Source: an uncultured Gemmatimonadales bacterium
GTDB lineage: Bacteria > Gemmatimonadota > Gemmatimonadetes > Gemmatimonadales > Gemmatimonadaceae
Assembly: GCA_963850905.1 (NCBI GenBank)
Contig: CAWKMU010000003.1
Location: 2,528,001 to 2,592,000 of the forward strand
Reading direction: 5' to 3'
DNA length: 64,000 nucleotides
Positions 52,274 through 61,630 of the stretch are shown here, piece by piece. The notes beneath the pieces were generated by a model. The model was not told where the DNA came from. It saw only the letters and a program-made list of their open reading frames with translations, and made no database searches. Each line of letters starts with the position of its first letter. Positions within the stretch are counted from its first letter, which is position 1. The translations under genes were made by a program, and so were the position numbers.

Positions 52274-52376
52274 AGCGGCGACCTCAGCCCATCCGCAGCC
52301 CGTCGTTCGCGGTCAGCCCCGCGAACTGCCGCCCCGTCCTGGCTATTTTTACCCCATACACACGGGAGGCGTAGAC

Positions 52377-53177
52377 ATGGCGGACACGATCGTGCTGATC
52401 AACGGGCTGTGGTTGACCGGGCTATCCTGGGAACACTGGGTCGAGCGCTACACCGCTCGCGGATATCGCGTGATCGCGAGGAGCTGGCCGGGAATGGAGG
52501 GCGACATCGAGGCGCTTCGGCGCGATCCATCGGCCATCGCCGGGCTCGGTCTCGACGCGATCGTCGATCACTATGATCGGATCGTGCGCGAGCTCGATCA
52601 TCCGCCGATCATCATGGGCCACTCGTTCGGTGGGCTGATCACTCAGATCCTGGTCGACCGCGGGCTTGGCACGGCAGGTGTGGCTATCCACCCAGCACCG
52701 ATCAAGGGCATCTGGGTGTTGCCATTCTCTGAGCTCAAGTCGGCCTTTCCCGCGCTCAAAAATCCCTTCGAGCAGCATCGCGCCGTAGCGCTCACGCTCC
52801 AGCAATTCAACTACGGCTTCACCAATTATTTGAGCGAGGAGGAGACGCGGCCGATCTATGAGCGCTATGCGGTGCCCGGACCGAACCACGTCCTTTTCCA
52901 GGCGAGCTTCGCCAATTTCAATCCCCACGCCGCCACGACGGTCAATGTCCACAACGACGAGCGCGCCCCGCTCCTCCTGATCGCGGGCGGCAAGGACCAC
53001 ACGGTCCCCGCCTCTGTGACGCAGGCGAACTACAAGCTGTTCGGGCACTCCACGGCCATCACCGACTTCAAGGAGTTTCCCGATCGTACGCACTGGACGA
53101 TCGGGCAGCCGGGCTGGGAGGACGTCGCCGACTACGCGCTCGACTGGGCGAGCCATCACGTTCCTGCTGCGCGCTGA
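52377..53177 (+). CDS. alpha/beta hydrolase
   Basis: GHSFGG nucleophile elbow, GGKDHTV, RTHW. Confidence 0.9.
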   Translation: MADTIVLINGLWLTGLSWEHWVERYTARGYRVIARSWPGMEGDIEALRRDPSAIAGLGLDAIVDHYDRIVRELDHPPIIMGHSFGGLITQILVDRGLGTAGVAIHPAPIKGIWVLPFSELKSAFPALKNPFEQHRAVALTLQQFNYGFTNYLSEEETRPIYERYAVPGPNHVLFQASFANFNPHAATTVNVHNDERAPLLLIAGGKDHTVPASVTQANYKLFGHSTAITDFKEFPDRTHWTIGQPGWEDVADYALDWASHHVPAAR

Positions 53178-53266
53178 TTGGCCGTCGGCCATCCCAAGCG
53201 TGATGCAGTGTCGTCTCCTTTCTCCTCTCTCCTTCCCCCTCTCTACGTGGCGAAGCGCCGTCCGGG

Positions 53267-53857
53267 CTAACCGCTAGAGGAAATCGCTCGCAGCGCCGAA
53301 TCGGCGCGCGCCGCAAACGCGCTGGCGTCGAGAAACGAACCAGAGAGGCCAGGTCGCCGCGGGAGATGCAGTTGGTGCATCCAGAAGTCCGGCGCTGGCG
53401 GCAGCGCGCCATCCCATCGCGCCTGTGGGCCATAGATCATGTACAGGTCCCAGGCGTCCTGGCCCAGTGTGAGAACGGTGTCGTACTGATGAACGAGCAC
53501 CGCTGAGTCATCCCAGAACTGCTGCGCGCGCGCGTCGGGAACGAAACGCGTGGCCGTGGGGACGTCCGACTCCTCACCGAACAGCTTCGGCACCCATACG
53601 ACGAACGCGGCAAGACGCGGATCTGGTTGTTTGGCGAGCAGGACCTGCTCGACTTCGGAAGCGCCCCGAAGACACTCGCCTCACGTTGGTGCAACCAGCA
53701 TGATGATGCGGACCTTCCCGACATTGGCATTGAACGCCGCCCGCAGGGGCGCGGCTGTCGCTCCGAGGACGCGATAGCTCGACGGCGGTCCCTTGGGCAT
53801 GCACGCACTCGCAAAGAAGGTGAATACGCCGGCGAGCACCACCTGGAAGCGCTTCAT
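53267..53857 (-). CDS. putative selenocysteine-containing thioredoxin-fold lipoprotein (UxxC), 196 aa with UGA readthrough
   Basis: MKRFQVVLAGVFTFFASA-C lipobox; ..IMLVAPT-TGA-GEC..; frame continues into listed ORF 53267-53593; ATGA coupling to upstream gene. Confidence 0.8.
53635..53680 (-). promoter_or_regulatory. bacterial SECIS-like hairpin(s)
   Basis: After UGA: CUUCGGG-GCGCU-UCCGAAG (loop 16 nt from UGA, starts with G), then CGAGCAG-GUC-CUGCUCG. Confidence 0.6.
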
Positions 53858-54573
53858 CGCTCAATGACCCACAGTGCTGCACCGGCAATCCAGGCGATGC
53901 TCGCGATCGTGAGGCTCATTCGCATCCAGCGCCCAACGCCTATCGAGCAGGCCGGCCCGGCCGATCTAGCGCGGTACACGCGCCAATAACCCCCGAAGAT
54001 CAAGAGACCGGAAACGAGCAACAGAGGGAGCCGATAGGGTGCGAGCCCGGCCGCGGCGACCGCGCCGCCCGCTCCCAGCAGGAGAACCGTGATGGGGCCG
54101 GCGCAGCACAACCCGGCGAGCGCCGCCACTGACGCACTGGCGAGTCCACCGATCGCTGCGCCAGCTGCCAACAGCGACGGTTTGGCGGCGGCGCTTGTTC
54201 CACCCCGGGTCGGAGCGTGTGCTGGGCTGGCGTCGGATGGCGAAGCAATCCCTTCACGGACTCCGTCAGCGGCGCTCAACGCGGCCAGAATCATCGGCGC
54301 GGTCGGCGCCGGCACGAGCACACCTCCCGGGTCAACATAGATCCGGCAGCCCGAACCGGCATCGAGCGGCGTACAACCTGCCACGTCGCGCCCCGCGACG
54401 AGCACGCTCGGCGAGGCGTAGCCACGGACATAAGCTGGCGCATTCGGCGCGGTGCGCTCCCACTCCGTCCACACCGCTGCGCGGCCCAAACGAGTCATGG
54501 CTTCCCGCAGGTGTTCGCGAGCCTCGTCCACATGCGGGCACGCCTGGTCGAAGATCAACTCAATGCTCGACAT
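53854..54573 (-). CDS. thioredoxin-like domain fused to MerT-like mercury transporter
   Basis: N-term IFDQACPH, YASPSVLVAGRD, CRIY; C-term three TMs with LCCAGP, PYR, GYWRVYR..AC. Confidence 0.78.
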   Translation of the reverse strand: MSSIELIFDQACPHVDEAREHLREAMTRLGRAAVWTEWERTAPNAPAYVRGYASPSVLVAGRDVAGCTPLDAGSGCRIYVDPGGVLVPAPTAPMILAALSAADGVREGIASPSDASPAHAPTRGGTSAAAKPSLLAAGAAIGGLASASVAALAGLCCAGPITVLLLGAGGAVAAAGLAPYRLPLLLVSGLLIFGGYWRVYRARSAGPACSIGVGRWMRMSLTIASIAWIAGAALWVIER

Positions 54574-54974
54574 CACGCGTCCGCCGGCTTCTCGAGAGCG
54601 TGGAGAATCGGGCAGTCGCCGGTGAGGTCCTGCCTCCGACACGCTGCGGCGAGCTCCGACAAGGTGTCCCGGATGCGCTGAAGGTGAGCCAGGCGCTCGT
54701 CGATTCGATCGATGGCCGCTTCGGCCCTGGATTCGACCCTCGCGCACGCGCGCTCGGACGTGACACGCAACGCCAGAAGCTGGGAGATTTCATCGAGCGT
54801 GAACCCCAGCGCTTGCGCGTGTTTGATGAAGCGGACCCGATTGACGGCGTCGGGCTGGTAGTCCCGATACCCCGATGGCTGGCGACTCGGCGCCGGCAAG
54901 AGCCCTCGGCGCTCGTAATATCGGAGGGTCTGGATGTTGACCGCGGCCTGCGCGGCGATTTGCCCGATCCGCAT
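54573..54974 (-). CDS. merR: MerR-family heavy-metal regulator (three-Cys Hg/Cd/Pb/Zn type)
   Basis: MRIGQIA..TLRYYERRGLL..GYR.Y HTH; Cys in ERAC, AACR, DCPIL. Confidence 0.9.
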   Translation of the reverse strand: MRIGQIAAQAAVNIQTLRYYERRGLLPAPSRQPSGYRDYQPDAVNRVRFIKHAQALGFTLDEISQLLALRVTSERACARVESRAEAAIDRIDERLAHLQRIRDTLSELAAACRRQDLTGDCPILHALEKPADA

Positions 54975-54980
54975 AGTCGT

Positions 54981-55012
54981 AGGCTAAACCGTATACCGCA
55001 GTATAGGGTCAA
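54981..55012 (-). promoter_or_regulatory. MerR-type long-spacer promoter/operator
   Basis: TTGACC-20 bp-TAGCCT with dyad ACCCTATAC-TGCG-GTATACGGT. Confidence 0.8.
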
Positions 55013-55028
55013 CCCCGGCCCTAAACCA

Positions 55029-55062
55029 ATGGCAGCGACAGCCGTGAGGCCGTCGCTGCCAT
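55029..55062. terminator. stem-loop between upstream gene and merR promoter
   Basis: ATGGCAGCGAC-A-GCC-GTGA-GGC-C-GTCGCTGCCAT; no T-tract. Confidence 0.45.
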
Positions 55063-55141
55063 CGGTCGTGCAGTATCCTTCCGTTTCGAGGCGCTTCAGG
55101 GAGGTCGTCCCATCACACCTCTGGTGCGTTCACGTGCCGCG

Positions 55142-56752
55142 TTAGGGTGACGGCGTCGGTGGCGTGAGTGGCGTCGTGGGTGACAATCGGGCGTCGATAT
55201 AACTCTCGCCGCCGCGGTCTCGTGCCCGGATCGCTAGTGTGTTCGTCGCGCCGAGGTTCAGCAAGGAATTGCTCACGGTGAAGACGAAACCCGGAGCGTC
55301 CTGCGCGGCGCAGCCCTCGTGGATCACGAACAGTGGCGTCCCGCCGCTCGCGGTCGGTGTCACCGCTGTCCCGTTCACGAAGACTTCGACGTCGTTGTCG
55401 ACGGCAATGCCGACCTGCAGGTCCTGCGTCCACGATGCGGGGACGAAGAACGTGCTGCGCAGCAGGAAGATCGTGGATGGGTCTTGATCCAGGTTACCGG
55501 TGCTTGTTTGAATCGGGAAGGTCGGCCACACCGTGTTGAGGTAGGGCAGGGCGCTGAGCGCACACCCAAAGCCTTCACTCCCACTGCCGAACGGCGCATT
55601 GCCGAAGGCGGATGTGTTCACCACCCACGTGGGGTCGGGCACAAAGCTCGGCGCCTGGAAGCCCGGGATGTCGCCGGTTGCCGGCGCCGGAATCCCCGTG
55701 AAGGTCGGCGCGTGGTAAGTCCACTGACCGTTCCGGTACGCGTCGAAATCGTTTACGTCGACGATGCCAAATGGGCTGAATGACTTCGTCTTGCCGGTGA
55801 TGCCCCCACCCGTCACTAACGCATAGGCATCCGGGACGGCGAAGTCCGACAGCCTCGAGGCCAACTCTGAGGCCAATCCACCCACGTCGCCCTTCCGCGC
55901 GAGCTCGAGCAGATTTCGCCGTGGCGCCATGCCCAGGCCCACATCGCAGGCGAGGCCCAGATTGCCCGACGCTAAAGGAAGGACCTGTGCGGAATCTGCG
56001 CTCACGTTATGTGCGATGAACAGCTGACTCAGCGGCACGTGCACCTGGGTCGTGTCGACGCAGTCTTCGACTGTGAACGGCGGCGCCGATGCGCCCAGCT
56101 GCGGCGCTGGAGTGACCGAGTAGTCATAGAACGGCGGGAACTGTGCGAGCGGCGTGCAGAGCGGCCCCGAATACTGTGTGCACGTTGGCGTCTTGGCGTT
56201 GTCGGGGAGCCGCGTGATGACGACCACCTCTTGCGGCAGCTGCTGGGCGGCGAAGAGCGCCAGGCCGGCAGTCGCGGTTCCGGTCTTGATGATCGTATCG
56301 GTATTCGGCGGGACGATGGCCACAACGTTGTCGTCGAGGTTCGGCGACAGGTTGACGGTCAAGCCGACGTTGCAAAAGAGGCCGTTACCAAACGCAACGA
56401 CCGCCTGCGCCCCAGCGGTCGTCCCGGCGCCGGTCAACTTCCCCGCGTCGGACTGCTTCATGGTGAACGCGAACAGTTGCGCAGCGAGTTTCTGCGCTCC
56501 CGACATGTCATGATGATTGTACGCAATGATCGTAAGCTCGAAATCCGCGATGACGAGGCCGCGGAGGCCGGGAGGGAACAAATTGCGGATCATCGCTCTG
56601 ACGTCGTCCGGCGACGCGCATCCCGCGTTACCCCTGGTCTGCACGTTCGCTCTGACAGCTCCCGTCGGAATGCTCGAGAGGGAATTTGGATCCGTCGAGC
56701 ACGCGGCCATTGTGAGTGCAATTCCTACAGCACCTGCCTTACGCCATTTCAT
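55142..56752 (-). CDS. Cys-containing lipoprotein, hypothetical
   Basis: MKWRKAGAVGIALTMAA-C lipobox; C-terminal beta-sandwich-like VDNDVEVFVNG...N.LAIRARD. Confidence 0.72.
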   Translation of the reverse strand: MKWRKAGAVGIALTMAACSTDPNSLSSIPTGAVRANVQTRGNAGCASPDDVRAMIRNLFPPGLRGLVIADFELTIIAYNHHDMSGAQKLAAQLFAFTMKQSDAGKLTGAGTTAGAQAVVAFGNGLFCNVGLTVNLSPNLDDNVVAIVPPNTDTIIKTGTATAGLALFAAQQLPQEVVVITRLPDNAKTPTCTQYSGPLCTPLAQFPPFYDYSVTPAPQLGASAPPFTVEDCVDTTQVHVPLSQLFIAHNVSADSAQVLPLASGNLGLACDVGLGMAPRRNLLELARKGDVGGLASELASRLSDFAVPDAYALVTGGGITGKTKSFSPFGIVDVNDFDAYRNGQWTYHAPTFTGIPAPATGDIPGFQAPSFVPDPTWVVNTSAFGNAPFGSGSEGFGCALSALPYLNTVWPTFPIQTSTGNLDQDPSTIFLLRSTFFVPASWTQDLQVGIAVDNDVEVFVNGTAVTPTASGGTPLFVIHEGCAAQDAPGFVFTVSNSLLNLGATNTLAIRARDRGGESYIDARLSPTTPLTPPTPSP

Positions 56753-56847
56753 ACAGTCCCTCTGCTCAGAGTGAAGACACGGAACCCACTGCGGGCAGCC
56801 GCGCGATGCGGCGTGTCCGCCCTGCACTTACCGGAGCGATGGTGTGG

Positions 56848-59388
56848 TTATTGGGCGCTCGTCCCCTTGGTCAGGAGCGCCTGGTAGCGCGGATCGTCGC
56901 GCAACGCTCGGAATCGCCAGCTGTTGTCGTCCGCCATTCCGTTGCCCTGGGCCGGGTTGGCGGTCACGTAGATCTTGAGTTCCCGCAGCGCCGCGTCCTT
57001 GTTGCCCGCGAGCAGCCAGGCGAAAGCCTTGTCCATGCTGATGTCTCTCGTCGGGTCGGCCGCCGCGGGAACGTCGGCTCGTGCCAGCACGTGTCCGACG
57101 CTGTCCGGCAGCTTCGCCTTGGCCACGACTGCCGCGGCCAGGGCCTGCCCCTGCCCACGCCGGAACGCGGTGTCGCCGCCGGCCGCGCGTGCGACGAGGT
57201 TGTCGGCCAGCCGCCACGCACGCGGGACATCCGCGCTCTCCGCCGGTGTAGCCAGGAGACGCAGCGCACACTCCGCGAACCGCGGTTCCTGCGGGAACCG
57301 ATGGGCTCCTACGTCGCACCAGTGCTTCGCTTCAGGGAACTGCTCGAGATCAAACGACGTACTGAACAGCCGCCACAGTACGAGATCGGCGTTGCTCAGA
57401 TAGGCGTCCTCCTCGTAGGCTCGGCGGGCAGCGATCTTGGAGTCTGTCATGTCGAGCTTCACCGCGTACAGGTGACTCAGTGCCGCCCACGCACCGGCCT
57501 GGGATGGATTGAGGGTCGTGGCTTCCTCCAAGTCCTTCTGCGCGGCTTGGAGTGAATCGTCCGCCTTCTTCTCGTCCGGCTCGATGTTCAGGAGGTAGCG
57601 CCAATATCGCAGCGTCCCGCGCAACTCGAACGCCGTCGGATTCTTCGGCGAAAGCGCGAGCGCTTCTGCGGTGCGTGCGACCCCGCTGTCGATCCACGGG
57701 GCAGCGCGCAGCGGATTGTCGCCAAAGAACCGCGAGGCGCGGTAATCGATCAGCGCACGTTTGACCTGGGGCTCGGCCCACTGCCCATCGAGCGCGTGCG
57801 CCTGGATCAACAGGCTGTCGGCCGCGCGGAATGCGGCGAGCACGCCGGCGGTATCGTTGGCCGCCATGCGCTGCTCGCCGTCGTCTCGCCGCTGCTCGGC
57901 GCGCTGCACCAGCGCCCACGCGTCGGCATTCTGCGTCGCCCCCCGCTGCGCTCGCAGCTCGATCTCCTCCCCCAAACGACTCCGGACCATCCGGGCGACC
58001 TGGGCGACGAGCGTGTCCTTGAGGGCCAGCACCTGGGCGGCTGGCTGGTCGAAGCTGGCCCGCTCGAAGTCGGCGCCGCTCGCTGCATCGACGAGCCGCA
58101 CGTTGACGTGGAGTCGGCCGCCCTCCTGATCGATGTCACCGCGCACCAAGGTGCCGACCCCCAGTGCGCGCCCGATGCTGTCGGGTCGGACGGTGGTGCC
58201 TTGGAATGGCTGCACCCCGCCACGAGAGATGATCGAGAGGTTGCGGACGTCGGAGAGCTGATCGATCAGGCCATTGGTGAGGCCGTTGGCAACGTAGCCG
58301 AGAGTGTGCTGCGGGGACAGGTCGTCGAAATACAGGACCGCGATCTTGCGGGCGTCCGCCGCGGTCGACGACCCGGACGAGCCATGGTGCAAGAATCGCC
58401 AGCCCGCGAAGGACGCAACTGCGATCAGTGGAATGGCAATGAGCGCCGCGATCGCCGGCCACCGTCGTGCAGGCGGCGGCGGTGCCTCCAACGCACGAGT
58501 GCCGCCAGCCCGTGCACGTGTCGTCGCCGTATAGCGCGAGATCTGAGCCTGTTCGGGATGCCGAAGGGCCTCGCTGAATTCGTGAGCTGTCTGGAAACGA
58601 TCGGCCGGTACCTTCTCGAGGCCCCGGAGAACGACGGCTTCCAGCTCCGGGGACACGGTTGGCCGAACGATGGTCAGAGCGGGCACTTGATCCAGCGCAT
58701 GCCGAGCGATGAGTGCTTGCGCCGAGGTGCCGGCGAAGGGAGGTTGCCCGGCCAGCATCTCGTACACCACACACGCCAGACTGTAGATGTCCGTCCGCCC
58801 GTCGATGTTGCGCTCGGCCGATCCCTGTTCGGGGCTCATATACTGCGGCGTGCCAAGCGTCAGCCCCGTCTGGGTGAGCTTTTCCTCACCTGCGGCGACC
58901 GCGGCTCGCGCGATGCCGAAGTCGACGACCATCGCGTGCCCGTCTTCCAGCAGGATGTTCTCAGGCTTTATGTCACGGTGCACGACCCCCTGAGCGTGCG
59001 CGTAATCGAGGGCGTCCGCTACCTCAGCTCCGATTAGCGCCGCCTCGTCGATTCCCAATGGGCCGGCGCTGTCCAATCGCGCGCGCAGCGACTCGCCGGC
59101 GACGAAGGGCATGACATAGTACAGCTGTCCTTCCCATTCGCCTGAATCGTACAGCGGCAAGATCCGCGGGTGACTGAAGCGCGTCGCCACGGTGATCTCT
59201 CGGCGGAATCGATCGGCACCAACGGCCAGGCCGATCTCGGGGAGCAGCACCTTGACGGCCACGTCGCGGTCATCGCGGATGTCATGGGCGAGATAGACCG
59301 TGGCCATTCCACCCCGTCCAATCTCTCGCAGGACGCGGTAGCGTTCATTCAACAGAACATTGGTCCACTGCGCGACAGCCTGTGCCAC
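56848..59388 (-). CDS. Ser/Thr protein kinase with TM, TolB-N-like and TPR domains
   Basis: IGRGGMATVY, VAVK, HRDIKPEN, DFGIA, GTPQYMSPEQ; IAVLYF; TPR-like helices. Confidence 0.93.
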   Translation of the reverse strand: MAQAVAQWTNVLLNERYRVLREIGRGGMATVYLAHDIRDDRDVAVKVLLPEIGLAVGADRFRREITVATRFSHPRILPLYDSGEWEGQLYYVMPFVAGESLRARLDSAGPLGIDEAALIGAEVADALDYAHAQGVVHRDIKPENILLEDGHAMVVDFGIARAAVAAGEEKLTQTGLTLGTPQYMSPEQGSAERNIDGRTDIYSLACVVYEMLAGQPPFAGTSAQALIARHALDQVPALTIVRPTVSPELEAVVLRGLEKVPADRFQTAHEFSEALRHPEQAQISRYTATTRARAGGTRALEAPPPPARRWPAIAALIAIPLIAVASFAGWRFLHHGSSGSSTAADARKIAVLYFDDLSPQHTLGYVANGLTNGLIDQLSDVRNLSIISRGGVQPFQGTTVRPDSIGRALGVGTLVRGDIDQEGGRLHVNVRLVDAASGADFERASFDQPAAQVLALKDTLVAQVARMVRSRLGEEIELRAQRGATQNADAWALVQRAEQRRDDGEQRMAANDTAGVLAAFRAADSLLIQAHALDGQWAEPQVKRALIDYRASRFFGDNPLRAAPWIDSGVARTAEALALSPKNPTAFELRGTLRYWRYLLNIEPDEKKADDSLQAAQKDLEEATTLNPSQAGAWAALSHLYAVKLDMTDSKIAARRAYEEDAYLSNADLVLWRLFSTSFDLEQFPEAKHWCDVGAHRFPQEPRFAECALRLLATPAESADVPRAWRLADNLVARAAGGDTAFRRGQGQALAAAVVAKAKLPDSVGHVLARADVPAAADPTRDISMDKAFAWLLAGNKDAALRELKIYVTANPAQGNGMADDNSWRFRALRDDPRYQALLTKGTSAQ

Positions 59389-59673
59389 CCGTGCCTCGCC
59401 GGATTCTCGCTCGCATAAGCTATGGGTACGGCGTGCGACAGGCCACGCTGACGTTGGGACGACAGGAGTTTATTCCGACGCCGGGTGCGCCCTTCGCAAA
59501 GGGGTTCGACAAGTCTCGACGTCCCTGAAACGCTGCCGCTCGTACCCGGGGCTGGTGACGCGACGCATCACGTGTGGCGCGTCTGCCGCAGGGCAGGGTC
59601 GTTCTGCCACGTCAATGGTGAAGCGCCCCGTGCGTCTGCTCACTCAGCCGCCAGCGGGGCGCTCGTCGCTCAG

Positions 59674-60177
59674 CTAACTCGTCGTCGTTGGCGCGTCGAG
59701 CGCCGCTTTCCAGCTGCCATCCGCCTGCCTCGACCACACGACGACGTACTTCCAGTTGCTCGTGTGCGGTTTGCCAGCCTTGTCGGTGGTCGTGAGGGCG
59801 TAGGAGCCGATCTCGTAGGCGACATCGCCAGAGATCACGATCTTGTCGGGCGCGAAGGTCAGCGCGAATCCTGGGAGGGCCATCACCGCGGCCCAACCCT
59901 TCTGGACCGCGTCCCGCCCGGTCGCCATGGGGTCGCCTGGCGGCATGAGCACGCCGTCCTCCGTGTAGTAGGACGCGGCCTGCTGTGCATTCTTACTTGC
60001 GATGGCCTTGGCCCACGCCGAGTCGATGGCGCGGATCGCGGCTTCATCCGCGGCCCGGTGGTCGGCTTGCGGAGGCGCCTGGGCGGTTTGGGTCTGCTGA
60101 TCCGCCCTCGTGCAGACGGTACCGGCGAGGGCGATGCCAACGAGCGAGAGCGCGACGGCCACTGGGCGGGACGGCAT
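59674..60177 (-). CDS. DUF4440/SnoaL-like (NTF2-fold) secreted protein
   Basis: DEAAIRA..W, YTEDGVLMPP, SGDVAYEIG, KYVVVW..DGSWK. Confidence 0.85.
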   Translation of the reverse strand: MPSRPVAVALSLVGIALAGTVCTRADQQTQTAQAPPQADHRAADEAAIRAIDSAWAKAIASKNAQQAASYYTEDGVLMPPGDPMATGRDAVQKGWAAVMALPGFALTFAPDKIVISGDVAYEIGSYALTTTDKAGKPHTSNWKYVVVWSRQADGSWKAALDAPTTTS

Positions 60178-60521
60178 GTGACACCTCATGCGTGCGAGGA
60201 AGAGTCACCGGGCAGAACTCGGGGGGCGAAGATTACGACGCCCGGCGCGTGGTGTCCAGCGAGAGCGGCTGCGTTGCGCACACCGAGAGCGGGGCGACGC
60301 CGTGGGGTCCCGACGGAACAGCGTCAGGTGGCGAGCCCCGCTCTACCATACAAGCACAACCGGTCCCTCGAATATATGGGTGCCAAAACATCCGCGCAAG
60401 TCGGCGGCCAACGTCGGCGCACGCCAATGCGGCCGCCGCTAGGAGATTGAGGATCGGCGGCTACGGGCGACGCACGCGTCGCCCTGCGGCGATGCCCATG
60501 AGTTGTGAGGGTCGGACGGAT

Positions 60522-60715
60522 TCACCCGAACGTATGCGTATGCGCGGACGCCCGGGTCGAGGAACTCGATCGTGATCGTCCGATTGGCGATCGTACCGTG
60601 CTGGCGGACGAGCTAATAGAGCCGCTGTTCGGTGACTGTTCCGCTCCCATCGTGCCGCGTGTCCGACCCATGGTCGCCCATGGGCTCCTGACCATCGATC
60701 CGCACACGGAACCGA
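60522..60715 (-). pseudogene. remnant of DipZ-like C-terminal domain
   Basis: RFRVRIDGQEP..HGSD..DGSGTVTEQRLY*LVRQ..RTITIEFLDPGVRAYA/TFG; internal TAG and frameshift; no 5' part. Confidence 0.7.
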
Positions 60716-60723
60716 TTCGGAGG

Positions 60724-60969
60724 TTAGTGGAGAAGCTTCGCCTTCTTCGCCGCGAACTCCTTCTGAGTCAGTACGCCGGCGTCGCGCAGCTCGGCGAGCT
60801 TCTTGAGCTGATCCACTGCCTCGTCGGTAATCTTCCCCGGCTTGGCGCTGGCCCGGTGCGTGGCAGCCTGTTGGCGCGCCACACGCCCCGATACCGATTG
60901 GGCGGTCCCCGCTATCACGGCCGTCCGTCCCACGGTCCGCACTAGTCCGCGCGGTCTCCCTCTTCGCAT
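60724..60969 (-). CDS. SHOCT-domain small protein
   Basis: GLVRTVGRTAVIAGTA..VSGRV; QLKKLAELRDAGVLTQKEFAAKKAKLL; AGGAGG RBS. Confidence 0.85.
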   Translation of the reverse strand: MRRGRPRGLVRTVGRTAVIAGTAQSVSGRVARQQAATHRASAKPGKITDEAVDQLKKLAELRDAGVLTQKEFAAKKAKLLH

Positions 60970-61379
60970 CTGACCTCCTTCCTAACGTTGGCTGTGCGTG
61001 GACTAACTCGCTGCGACCGGAAGGTGGGCGGGCCGGCCGAGCCGAAACTCACGCACGGACTCGCTCGGAACTGAGACGTGCCGTCCCTCGGCAGCTGCGG
61101 GCGCGGCTGTGCCTGCGCCAGCACCCGCAGCAACTGCAGCTTCTGTACCTTCACCAGCATGCCACTGCGGAAGCGAGCGAATGTACAGCCGCTGATGCCG
61201 GCGACGACGGAGCTCGAGAACGCACTGGCCGCGACGGACGCCAGCATTGAAGGAGCCGGGCACGTAAGTCGTGAGGAGGGGGCGAGCATTTCGACGCGGT
61301 GGGCCGGCCCGTGATGAGCCCGATTGAACGATGTCTGCGGTGTGTTCGGTCCGACGAATCCCATGTGATCACACCTCGA

Positions 61380-61561
61380 CCGCGCGCATCGATGACGCGG
61401 GACCCCGACCCACCCACGGCGACTACCGGACGAGCTTCGCAAAACGCGTGATCCAGTCGCTGCCACGCTTCAGATTCGACGCTGCGCATATCGCGGGATG
61501 CGTCGTGCCGCAGTTCGTGCGACAGCGGTTTGGCTACCGCATCTCGAACGAAGGGCAATGA
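61380..61561 (+). pseudogene. possible TonB C-terminal domain fragment
   Basis: FAKRVIQSLPRFRFDAAHIAGCVVPQFVRQRF resembles TonB_C; no N-terminal part found. Confidence 0.35.
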
Positions 61562-61630
61562 CTCGAGTCATCGTTGATTGAGCGTCTGAGAGCGCGGTAG
61601 ACTGTCCTCAGTGACACGGGAGGCGACGTC

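Noticed and set aside
53267..53593. Stand-alone 108-aa ORF
   Set aside because: It starts mid-domain at a GTG with no RBS; better explained as the 3' part of the UGA-readthrough gene.
60522..60715. Pyrrolysine or readthrough at the in-frame TAG
   Set aside because: The fragment has no 5' gene part and also has a frameshift; CAG-to-TAG decay is simpler.
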